Shown piece after piece: positions 12,501 through 24,500 of a DNA stretch of 64,000 nt; position 1 is the first letter of the stretch; each line of letters begins with the position of its first letter. The position numbers were made by a program, and so were the translations under genes. The notes under the pieces were generated by a model that searched no databases, was not told where the DNA came from, and saw nothing but the letters and a program-made list of their open reading frames with translations. Location of the stretch: contig MU058456.1 of NCBI GenBank assembly GCA_013265495.1, positions 124,001-188,000 on the forward strand. The letters are read 5' to 3'. Source of the stretch: Vicugna vicugna (Eukaryota).

Positions 12501-15500
12501 TAATTGGTACTAGAAAAACATTCAGATACACACTTTTTATTAATTAAACTAAATATAACAGAGTTGAATTCATAGAACCTGAGAAATGTCGCAGTGAGGT
12601 GTTAAGTATCTGATTATGCACTGCAAGCCGAGTAATAATACTGTATTATTGTACTAGAAGGTAGCAAAGTGAGTTTGAAACAAATCAAAGGAAAGAGTCC
12701 CAGTGGAGTAAGTTCTGTAAGAGATGTTCTGTGGTGCTGTAAGCAATCTTGTTTACTTCACTGATTGCATTCTTTCCTTGATGTTATAGAAACAGCATTA
12801 TGAAAGAAATGAGAAAACCATAGAAAAAATTTTAAGAAGTTTTTTCGTTTTCTTTCAGTTTGCTGTTTTTTTTTAAATGCAGACAGTAGTATTGTGAGAA
12901 GATCCTAAGCTGTATAAATAATGTTTGATGTGTAGTAGTTTCATGCATATTAAGCATTAGGTGCTGTTAATAAAACATGCCACTTCAAAATAAAATATAT
13001 TTTTATTATACTCGTCCAGATATGACCTCTTTTTGTTGTTGCGTGCATCTCAGATTTCTTTTTATAAATGTTACCACTGAGAAAAAGTTAAGATCAGACA
13101 TAACAGGGTGTCAGCCTAATCATCAGTCATAAGTTTATGTCCACATTTTCTGGTAGATGGATTTTGACTATTAATTTGGTTTTGTATGTTTTCTCTATGT
13201 GATATTTGTGCATTATTAGATGACTAGACTGGCCAAGGCAGACCTGTTACACTTGCCTGAGTTAGGCATTGTTTGCCATGCCACTAAACCTGCCGTCAAG
13301 TGAAACCTTCATTGGGGAAATGAGATCGGAGTCTGAACCGCAGAAGATGGACGCCCTGTCTCTGTTTTTTATTGTTTTACTTTAATTTCATTTCTTTTTT
13401 TTCTTTATTTTGTCCCTTTTTTTGTTTTTGTTTTTGTTTTTGTTTTGTTAAATCTCTTTACTTTAACTTGTGAGCTGGTTTTCCAGTTCTTTGTAAATGG
13501 TATTCCATTAAGGGTTCATAACATTGCATTGCGAATTGTATTGGGAGTTGATTAGTAGAGCTCAACCTTAACAAAGTAAATTTTCACATTAAATTAGGGT
13601 ACAGTATTGTGAAGCTCAGTGCTAGTCTTAATTGGTGTTTATAGACTGATCAGGTGCATTTTGTGCTTGAAACCCTAAAACACTGATGAGATTCTTAGGA
13701 CACTCTTTGATCTCAGTGTAACATTTGTGCAGTTTTCTCCCAAGCCTGCATCTCTCATAAAAACCAACTGATAGCTTCTAATTTTCATCTTTACCCCTAA
13801 AATTTTAGGCATACAAAATCATCAAGGAAAATAAGTTAAATTTCTTATAACAATCTGGGGGTAGAGGACAAGAAGAGACTTTTCACTTTTATGATAGTTA
13901 CTTATTGTAGACAATAAGTTACTTTCTTGACTTAAAAAGACTTTTAGTTGCCTATGTGGGGACTGGATATTTGAGAAACTGTTGAATACTTGTGTGTATT
14001 TCTCTCTTTGCTTGAATATTTTGTTGAAAATGTTCAGAGATTACTAGTTTCTAAATGGATTCTGAGATTAGGACAAGTGAGAGATTTTTTTTTCTCTTTG
14101 AGGAGGGTAGTTTGGGGAAAATGCTAAATGCTGATTTGTTTTATACTTTATACATGCTGATAGTATTTAGAAGGTACATTTGGTTGAATTCTATCTTGGA
14201 ATTAAGCGAATGGAACTTTTTTCTTAAAGCATCTTTAATGGTAATTAGAATAAGAAAAAATATATTATACTTATAGTTAGACTTAATACTTACAATAGTT
14301 TATTATACTGTGAAAGGCACTGAGAGTCAGACAATCTAGTAATACTTTTTTAAGACAGAAGTGAAAGACTTTATATTATTATAATCAACTTTTGGCCTGT
14401 GTTGAATAACCTTTTTGTGTAGTCCTTCTACACTGTCTTGTATGGATAGTTTTGCTTATTTAATTGACAAGTAATGTTAAATGGGGGACATTACTAGCTT
14501 GGAACCCTTTATTTGTTTTCTAGGTGCTCAAATTAGGGCAGTGAAGCATAGGGTTTCCACCTTAGGAGTTCAGTTTATTTATTAAGATATGTTCAGGTTA
14601 TGTAAACATTTAAAAAGTAATACCTATTTATGGCAGATAAAACAGGTCTAATAGCAATAAATAGTACAGTATATATGTGAGTATACAGATACATGTGTTA
14701 ATGCTAGTAACTAATAAATAGAAAATATTGTTATTTGATGTTTTTCAATAAGGCCTACCTACCTTTTATTTATCTTTATGCATGTTAAAATTTGTGCTTA
14801 TGCAGAATTTACCCTGAAATAATAAAATAACTTTGTTTTTGAAATTAGCAAATGTAATATAGACTTAGATTTGCAAAGGTTAGAAATAAGTAGACATTTG
14901 CTAACGCTAATAAAATGTAATTTTTCTATTTGTATTTTATAAGTTATAACCATTATTTAAAGAAAATTTAAAAATTTATCTTGAATTCCATCCGTGTTTA
15001 GAAATGCATTCAGATAATTTTGTTTAGAGATTTATCCCTGCACATCTGGCGGTTTTCAGTAGAATTTTTACCACAGAAACCAGCATGGTGCTTTTTGAAA
15101 ATTTACTGCACATGCTGTTTTCAATTTAGCGTGACTTTATACACTGTGTTTTAAATTACTTTTGAAGAATTTGTAATGGAAATGTGTAGGCAACTGCCAC
15201 ATAATTATAGTAGTTCTTTTAAAATAGCTGTATGTAGTCAACATTTTAGAAATTTTCTTTTTGGAGGGGTTGAGAGAAAGGACCAGAAAAAAAATGTGTG
15301 AAAGTTGCAGTCCTTATCAAAGTTAATTGGTTAGAATTCATTAATTAAATATGACAAATTGATGGACTTATTTCAGAATAAATTTTACTTTTTAGTCATA
15401 GGGATTTCTTTTTCTTTTTAGTGTCTAAGATTATTTTGTTATTGTTATTACTGTTGGGCAGTTAAGATGTTTATAAGCAAGATATTTAAGTATTACCCAC

Positions 15501-18500
15501 CCCTCTTCAGATAAGTATACATAAATGGGTCCTACAAGTCAATAATATAAGAAGTTCCCTTGAGACTAGGGAACTTTTTTTTAGTCATTTTCAAAAGTGT
15601 TAGCAGTTTCCCAAGGCATATTCTTTGGAATTGAGTTCTTTTAGGCATTTCTGACATTGTTAGTGAGATGCCTTATTAACCGAGTGGGTGTAGGTTTCCT
15701 TTTCAGTTGAAGCTGGTGACATGCAGTAGGCTTTTGTTTGTGTCTACTTGAAATTGAATGGAATCTATTGCAAGGTTATCAAAACTGTTTTCATCACAAG
15801 TAGGTAGTTTCAGTTAACAGGGACACTCAGGAACAAATTTCAATTCGCACATATTTGTTTTTTTCTTTTTCTTTTTTTTGACTAATTTGGTTATTTGCCA
15901 TTTCTGGGGATTAAACTTTAAAAAATGTTCTTCTTTTCTGTATCTGATGTTCTGTGTGCTATTAGTGATGCAGCCAACACGAACGGTTGTCATGTGTAAC
16001 ACAACTTTCGATCACCGCGAAAACACCGTCCTGGGAAAGCGTCCATGCTTGATATCGTTTGGTTCATGAACATTAAGTTTCCAGTACAGGTGACCCATAG
16101 CTCAAAGTGTTAAATAATTGTCTACATTATTCAATTTTTAAAATAATATTCCATTAATGAAATTGTTAGTCTTTGAAGTTTTGCTCACTTTTATTTTTCC
16201 TAGTAGAGCAGGATAAAAGGAAAGACTTAAGTTCTTATTTATTTCTTTATACGGATCTGATAGATAGATTCATTTATTATTATTATTTTTTAAGTGCAAG
16301 GGTAATTGTAAAATCATAGTGTAAAGTTTGTGTGGTGTTTCTGCTTTCTGTAATGTTTGGAACTTGCCTCTGCAGGTAAAATCCCAGAGGAATCCAAAGC
16401 CCTCTCTTTGTTGGCTCCTGCTCCAACCATGACCAGTCTGATGCCTGGTGCAGGCTTGCTTCCCATACCGACTCCAAATCCCTTGACTACGGTAAGTATG
16501 ATGCACCCTCTTCTAACAGGGAACATTCACGTATGTAATCAGTTGAATAAAGAGTTTAGAAAACTTTTTTTTTTTTTTTGGAGCTTAGAAAGCATTCTAT
16601 TTTGAATCATTTTTTTGCAAATGGGGAGGATTAGAAATGTCTGCTTGATTTTTTACCCCATGTTATCACTGACTTGAGCTGCCTTTTGGAATCGCTTCTG
16701 AAGTAATTGGGATTCATTTAAATTTGAGAATATATTATTCATTGGAATATTGGTGATTGACACTCAGCATTTTAGATAGCATGGGGAATTGGAGAATCTA
16801 GGTAACTGTATTTCCCAAGTCATGAGGACTAAATCCATCTGAAAAATAGGAATTAATTCACAACCTTGGTAATGGGAAAAAATATAGCAAGCATTTGTCT
16901 GTCACTGAGAAAATATAACATGGTAAAAACATTTTTTCACTAACTTTGCAGAATTAAATAATAACTTAATGCCTCCTTTGTGATTTCCAAGTGGAGTTAA
17001 AAAAGGTTTGCTATTACTGGGTTCTTGTTTATATAAAAGATTCTGGTCATTTATTTTCTTCAAAAATGAACCCAAGACAAAATACAAAACTCACTTTAAT
17101 TGAAAGTTGTATCTAGCTTTTTGGTACTGGGTTATTGGGAATAAACCAATAAACTTTTGATTGTAGTTTATTTATCCAAGTTAGAAAAGTGGTTTCTGAC
17201 TCAGAATTGCAAAATTTTAGGTCTTTTAATTTTTACATGACATTGTTCTGCTAGAGCCCTTTATGGTGATCCATGGGAGAAAGATGCTTTTTAACTGAAC
17301 ATTAATCATTTGAATTGGGCTTTCTAGAAATTTTATTTTGGGTATGTTTTGGTATATTCTAACATTAATTCCTGGATTACCACCTTTTTCTCCCTTTCCC
17401 AGAAAATATTGTCTTGGTATCTTGAAAATTCTTAGGGTTTATTTATCAACAATATAAAGTTTTTATTATTTAATTTGTTGCTTTGAGGGCAAATGATTTC
17501 CTTTGAATTCAGCTGTGGATATCTGTTATTATAAAACTTAATTTATAAAGAAGAGTTTTAGTTAGAAAAGAGGGGAAAGGTGACCCACTGTAATTTGGCT
17601 CTGACCTTTTTTCCCTACCTGTTTCCCTGGCTCCCCTCAACTTCGGCCGCTTTGGTTTTATTTCTTGGATATGCCAAACATTTTTCTGCCGTAGAGCTTT
17701 TGTATTTGTTTATTCTCTTCTCAGAACATTAAAAAGATTCACTCTTTCATAAGAGTGAAACGTTTCATAGGTTTCTACTTAAAAGTCACATTTTCAGAGA
17801 GGCCAAGATTTCTATGTCAGAAGGCAAAAGTGGTATATCGAGAGTTGAGATCATCTCCAACCCATTAGAGACCAAAAGGGCAGCCTAAATACTAAGGCCC
17901 TTTAGACCAGGGCTGGGAAACAGACTGAGCTAAAGAAGGGTAATTGAATTATTAGAGCAGCCACATCCAGTAGAACTTGGTACTATGATGGAAATATCTG
18001 TACTGTATTATCAAGTGTCATAGCCACTAGCAACATGTGACTGTTGAACACTTGGAATGTGGCTAGTGTGACTGAGGCACTGATTTTTAATTAAAATTCA
18101 AATAGCCATATATGATTGGTGACTACATATTAAATAGCAGTATGTCCCAGTGGAGAAATTTGTAGGTCAGAGGGATTGACAGCTGGGGATACCTGGAAAG
18201 GCCTATTTAGTTTTATTTCCATGCAAAACTAACAAATAGTAAGACACACATTTGTGGTTTAGCTTAACTACGTATAATAATTGTCTTCCACAGTAGGAAA
18301 AAAAAAAAGATGTGACCCTCAGTCATCTCTGTTAGACTATCAAAGACAGGTTGTCAGGGAAGAAGGAGTGTGATTACAGGAGCAACATGTGTAGAGACAG
18401 TAGATCACTTACCTGTTTTCAACTAAGATATTTTTACAACTTTATGATAATTTGAAGTGGTGATAGCAAAAATCTGAGATTTGTTAATAGCAGTATCCCA

Positions 18501-21500
18501 CAGAATATTAATACTATGAAGGAAAAAAAACGGAGTAATGTGGTAAGGAGTAAATGAGGCTATAAATAAGTTCGGGGAAAGCCTCTTGGAGGGGAATGAT
18601 AAACCTGATGATTGAAGAACTCAGCCGGCAGAAGCTAGGGGACACCTTTCTAGGGCAGGAGGAACACCAAGTGAAAAGCCATAAGGTGAGAAAAACTTGT
18701 GTCTTCAAGGTACATAGAATGGCAGGATGGCAGTCAGCATCGTTGTGAAGCATAGTTGGGGAGGGCGGAAGTAGGTGTTTGGGGATTGGAGGGGTAGATA
18801 GGCACTGATGTATGTAGGCCTTGCTTTTTAGGCCACGGAAAGAAGTTTGGATTTTATTCTAATGGGTTTTAAGCAGGAGTTAAACATGGTTTGACAGGTC
18901 TTAAAAAGATCACACACTGGCTGCTATGACAAGCATAGTGTTACTTACTTCATAAACTAGTATTTTCACTTTTAGGAAGTACTGTTGCTTAACAATTGTT
19001 AAATTTTAGTAGTTTTGTAACAGTGTAACAATATATATAAGCCAGTTGACTTAGTTGACTTAAATTGCCTAGGTGGAAATGAAAGTTGCAGTGTTTTTTT
19101 TTTCTTTCTTTGAAAAGTCTGTTAATTCTGCAAAGTTTCTCATTTTCAAACTCTGAGATTTTCTATATTTTCTAGTTTAAAGTCACATTAAAAACATGTT
19201 TCTTAATGCTTGAACTAAACACTGATTTTAGTAATGTTATGAAAGATCATTCAGAGGTTTTTGTCTTTTTTCTGCCATAGTATAAGTAATTTTTTTGAAA
19301 GGTTTCTTTTCTTAGGTAAACTTATCTTTTAATTTTAGTCTATGCATGATGGTTAAACACTTGTTAGCTAAGTAGCCTTGGGAAAATTATTTAATTTCTC
19401 TGTTTTTGTATTTATTGGTGATATTAGCATAATAGTAATACCTTTTTCTTAGAGTTGGTATGAAGATTAAATTAATAGCCTAGCAAAAATTAGGTGCTTT
19501 GATTATTACTTACTGTTAGGAACTCACATAGTGTTGTTGAATGCCCAAGGTACAGTTGATTCTCATTATTTGTGAATTTACAGACTAGCTAAAATTTATT
19601 TGAAACCTCAAAACTTGTGCTTTTGCAGTCATTCATCAACACAGACAGAATGATTTGAAATTTGAATTGCTTGATATGTACATTCCCAGATGAGGTCAAA
19701 CAGAGTAACACTCTGCCTTCTTGTTTTAGCCTTAATGCTGTAAATAACTGGGCTTTTTTGGTGGTCCCTTAGTGCCATGTTTTTCGTATTTTTGTTCTTT
19801 CTGTTGGTGATAATGGTGATTTAAATTAGCCCGCGGGCATAGTACTAAAGTTCTGTTCAGTGTTTCTAAGCACTGGAAGGCTGTGACGTGCCTTACAGAG
19901 AAAATACTTGTGTAAGATAGGGTTCGTTCATGAGGCATGAGTTGATACTGCTTTTTGCCATGAGTAAGGTATCCTTAAAAAAGAAAATCCAGAAACACAT
20001 GTAAAACAAGGTCATGTATTTATTGCTTGGTAAAATTATTGTGACCAGAGGCTTGCAGGAACCTAGCCCTCTATTTGCCCTAGGAACCGTGATTCAGTAT
20101 TTAGTAATTCAGTGTTCATGGCAAACTTTATAGGATGTAATTACTGCAAATAATCAGAGTTGACTGTCTTTAGTGTCAAGCTTAAAAGTAATTAAAATAT
20201 CCAGATAGTTAAGAAATGTTGTATTTCTAATTACATTGAAAACTACTATAATCTCACGCTCAATAATTCATATGCATGTGTGGCTTAAAGTTAGAACTCT
20301 CTAGTCTTTTCTCATTCTTATTGAGTTGATCAGTACTTTTCAAGATTAGAGAAAGGTAATTGTTGATACTAACAGAAAATGTGTGCTTTTTTTTTTTTTT
20401 TTTTAATAGCTGGGTGTTTCCCTTAGCAGTTTGGGAGCTATACCAGCAGCAGCACTAGACCCTAACATTGCAACACTTGGAGAGATACCACAGCCACCAC
20501 TTATGGGAAATGTAGATCCTTCCAAAATTGACGAAATTAGGAGAACAGTCTATGTGGGCAATTTGAATTCCCAGGTAACTAATTTAAGAAGAATTGAGTA
20601 GTAGGACCTCTTATTCTTTTTCCTTTCTTAAAGAATCGTATCAATTGATAAAGTAATATTTACTGGATTTTTAAAGAATATACTTTATTAAAGTGTTACT
20701 TTGTTTCAGACAACGACAGCTGATCAACTACTTGAGTTTTTTAAACAAGTTGGAGAAGTGAAGTTTGTGCGGATGGCAGGTGATGAGACTCAGCCAACTC
20801 GGTTTGCTTTTGTGGAATTTGCAGACCAAAATTCTGTACCAAGGGCCCTTGCTTTTAATGGAGTTATGTTTGGAGACAGGCCACTGAAGTAAGAAACCCT
20901 AAACAAAGAAATTCTATTGATTTTGAAAAAATTTGAAGTATTTTGATGTAATTAAGATTTTTTTTTTCTTTTTAATAGTAATTGGCAATTTGTGGAAAGG
21001 AAGACTTTGTGTTAAGTATGAATGAAACAAATGAGATACTTACCATTTTAGGCTTTAAGTTAAAGTTGCGTTTGAAGACATTTTCTGTTTTATAAGGTCT
21101 AATTTAATGTTAACATTTATGTACTATACTTATCAGTCATAGGTCTTTCTCCATAAGCTTTAAAAAGTTAGATTTGTTTTGCGTTATTGCACTAGTATAA
21201 TGGGCAATTTAACATATGGGTTAAACTTACAGGAATATAGTAATAAGAATTTTGGTAAATACAAAATCTTGGGAAGAAAATAAAAGTACCCAAAAATGTT
21301 TCAAATCATACTTTTTGAGGTTTAAGGTTTGCGCACGTGCTTGTTTGTAAAATGAAAAATTGATGTAGCTTTTCAGATACTCAAGACCAGAAATTCTATT
21401 TCAGGTAGATAATTGAGGCAACAGTTTTATCTGAATTCTGTAGGTGATTGTGTTAATTATATAATGTATGCTATTAAAGGATAAATAACTATTCTTAGCG

Positions 21501-24500
21501 AATGCTTCCCTTTTCACCATGGAAAGAGTAAAGAGGGACACACCAAATTCATTTATGTGCATCGGAGAAACCACTCTTACCTGTAAGGAAAAGAGTTTTA
21601 TCAGATGCCTCCCCCTTTTGAAGTTGTGTGACTTAGCCATTGTCCAGGGTTGATTAAAATGGTACACATTTTATATAGTTTCCCCTTCATTCTCTCAGGG
21701 TGCAGAAGTTATCAACAAAAATCTTACAATTTGAGATAGAAATGATTCATTTTAATATTGGCATTACCATTTTAATTGATTATAATTCTGAGCTGTGTGG
21801 AAAAGCACTTGTCCTGATCTATTCAGTTTGTTAAAGACTATTGAGGGTTCAGTTTTTCTTTTTTTCTCCCTTGCTTTTGCCTTTGTTAGCAATAGATGAT
21901 GGCAGGTGGGAATGAGATTAATCGTGGTTTTGAGGTTGGTTTTGGTTATTCTGTATTTGGCTATATTCTTATTGTGCTTTTTAAAAAACTTTTTTTTGAG
22001 GGGGAGGTAACTATAGGTTTATTTATTTACTGGAGGTACTGGGGATTGAATCTTAGTGTGTTTTTGAGATACCAGATTTGTAAGTATGTGTATCATATAA
22101 ACATTTGTTTCATGTTTTGTAAGATATGGTGTGTTTGTGATATGCTAATATTTTTAATTTAGAATAAATCACTCCAACAATGCAATAGTAAAGCCCCCTG
22201 AGATGACACCTCAGGCTGCAGCTAAGGAGTTAGAAGAAGTAATGAAGCGAGTACGGGAGGCTCAGTCCTTTATCTCAGCAGCTATCGAACCAGGTAAGAC
22301 CTCAGTGCTGTTACACAGGTTGTAGTTTGAGGTCATAGACTCTTAGAACTGGGAGGAATTTTAGAAATGATCTTGCTCAGTCCCTTCATTTTACAAACAA
22401 GACGACTGAAACTCAAGAAAGAGTAAGTGACTTAACTAGTGTTAAAGGTCAGAGAACTATTTAGCACACAGATCTTTCCCCATGATACTGAATTGAGATA
22501 TATATTAGCTGGAGTCAGTAAGTTCTTTGTATTTTAATAGCAAAATCAGTGCTCAGAACTGATTTGCTGAAAGCAAAAGTATAAATGTTATTCTGAGGCT
22601 AAAAGCAAGAATGAGTATATTTATAATGTTAATGATTAAGCAGATTCACTTTTCCTTCAAAGTTTTATTTTGAAAATAGAGCGCCGATGATTAGGAAACA
22701 TATGGAGACTCTGTTTTAGCAAGGTAAAGGAACACCTATTTAAACTTTTGTGTTGCTAACTGAAATTAAAAATCCAAGCTAAAAATGTCTAGATGGTTTA
22801 CATTTGAGGAAATTTTCTAAATTAGCACTCAGAATTTAAGCTTCAGTTCTAGGAAAATACATGGAGAAAGGATTTAAAATCACTGTCATAGGAATTACAG
22901 ACATGTTATAATCGTACATTATGGCAGCAACAAAATATTACGAACAGCTGTTTATAATCATCTGGTTTATATGTACTGCTGCAGGGTGGCTGCACTCAAC
23001 GAGTTTATGCAATGACTTTCTTGGATGTTTCTGAAGGATAATTGCACAGGAGGAGGATGTACAGAGAGTAGGCCCCTTGCACTATATGTGGTACATTCCA
23101 CTTGTGCCTGATTATTAACTGGGATCTTTAATTGTTCTGAGCTTACACTGCAAAGTGGTTTTTTCCTCCCAGAGTCTGGAAAGAGCAATGAAAGAAAAGG
23201 CGGTCGATCTCGTTCCCATACTCGTTCAAAATCCAGGTCTAGCTCAAAATCCCGTTCTAGAAGAAAGAGATCACAGTCAAAACACAGGTGAGAATTTCTG
23301 CTGTCATATTTAAACTTTTTTCGGTTTTGTATTTGTAGTAGTTAAGATTTTCTGAGTTTTTATCTAAATATCAGAATTTAAAAATTCCAGTGTTGTTCAC
23401 CGGGAAGTATGATTACCATTAAATATTGCTTGTATTTAAGAATGAAATTTTCTCTTAACATATATAATTTTTAAATTATTTCAGCTAATTTGCAGTTTTA
23501 GAAGTTGGCTTTCTATCTTAAGATGTTCTATTCCTAATATCTCTAAGAGTAAACTAGTATCGTGCAGAACTGGCAGAAACTTTCCATTCTTCATGTTGAG
23601 AAAAGGGAACATACGCATGATGCTGCTGAAAATATTGCTGAAGTCACAGCTTTTTTATTGTTTTCTTCCCCCAGTTCCCTCAAGGTCTAGGGAGTACCAC
23701 CTCAGATCTTGATTTCACATAGTTACCTATCTCCATTACTGTGCGTCAAGTGGGGTACTTTAAGTCCTTGTACTCTTGGTGATAAGAGCGGCCTCCACCC
23801 ACTTTGGGATCTGAAACACAGGAGTAACTTGCAGCTTTAACTGCAACTATTGTACTATGCTTAAGCTCTATTTCTGTTCTCTTTATCTTATTTTTGAGCA
23901 CAACTTTGTCATTTCAATTTGTTTCTGAATATTTTGTGTTGTGTTTGGTACAAAGGGGAATCTCAAAATGTAAACTTGCAACGCCATCTTAATTGAAAGT
24001 ACTGTTAAGAATCATGTCTAAAATAATAAGTTTTATTGTCTTTTTCAAGTTGTGGAGGGGGCTGTTGAAGTGAAATGTGAAAATGTATAGTGGATCCTAA
24101 TTGTGTGTTATATGTACATACATACTCATAGTCTCTCCAAAGAGAAGAGGCAGAGAAAACTGTCCATGTGTGTGTGCATGTTGTTGGGAGTATTAGAGAA
24201 GGAGGAGGGCTTGAGGGGAGGGAAAAAAGGATCCAGTATGCTATATCTTGAACCTCATCAGCTTAGACTCAGTTTAGTCTGTTTTTTGTGACAGTCACAG
24301 GGATTGAAGCGGTGAGATAGAAAAATATGTTTTTAGACTTTAGCAACTTATACTTTTAGCTGTACGCTGGTGGACTTCTCTATTACAAAATCGCTTGCAG
24401 ATTTTCTTTTGGGATATGGTTTTACTATCTCCATCCAAGGCCTTATGGTAAGGCCAATTCACATCCAGAAGAAGGAAGTTGTTTTCTCTACAAGGAATAA

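Noticed and set aside
12634..12650. Inverted repeat aataatac-t-gtattatt and nearby donor-like gtgagt/gtaagt
   Set aside because: Short AT-rich palindrome expected by chance, and no convincing acceptor pairs with the donors.
13195..13340. Possible intronic C/D box snoRNA
   Set aside because: There is a CTGA but no proper RUGAUGA box C or terminal stem.
20421..20429. Internal tag|cag acceptor-like site in exon 4
   Set aside because: Explained by L-S-S codons; the upstream acceptor with its long poly-T tract is much stronger and alternative use would shift frame.
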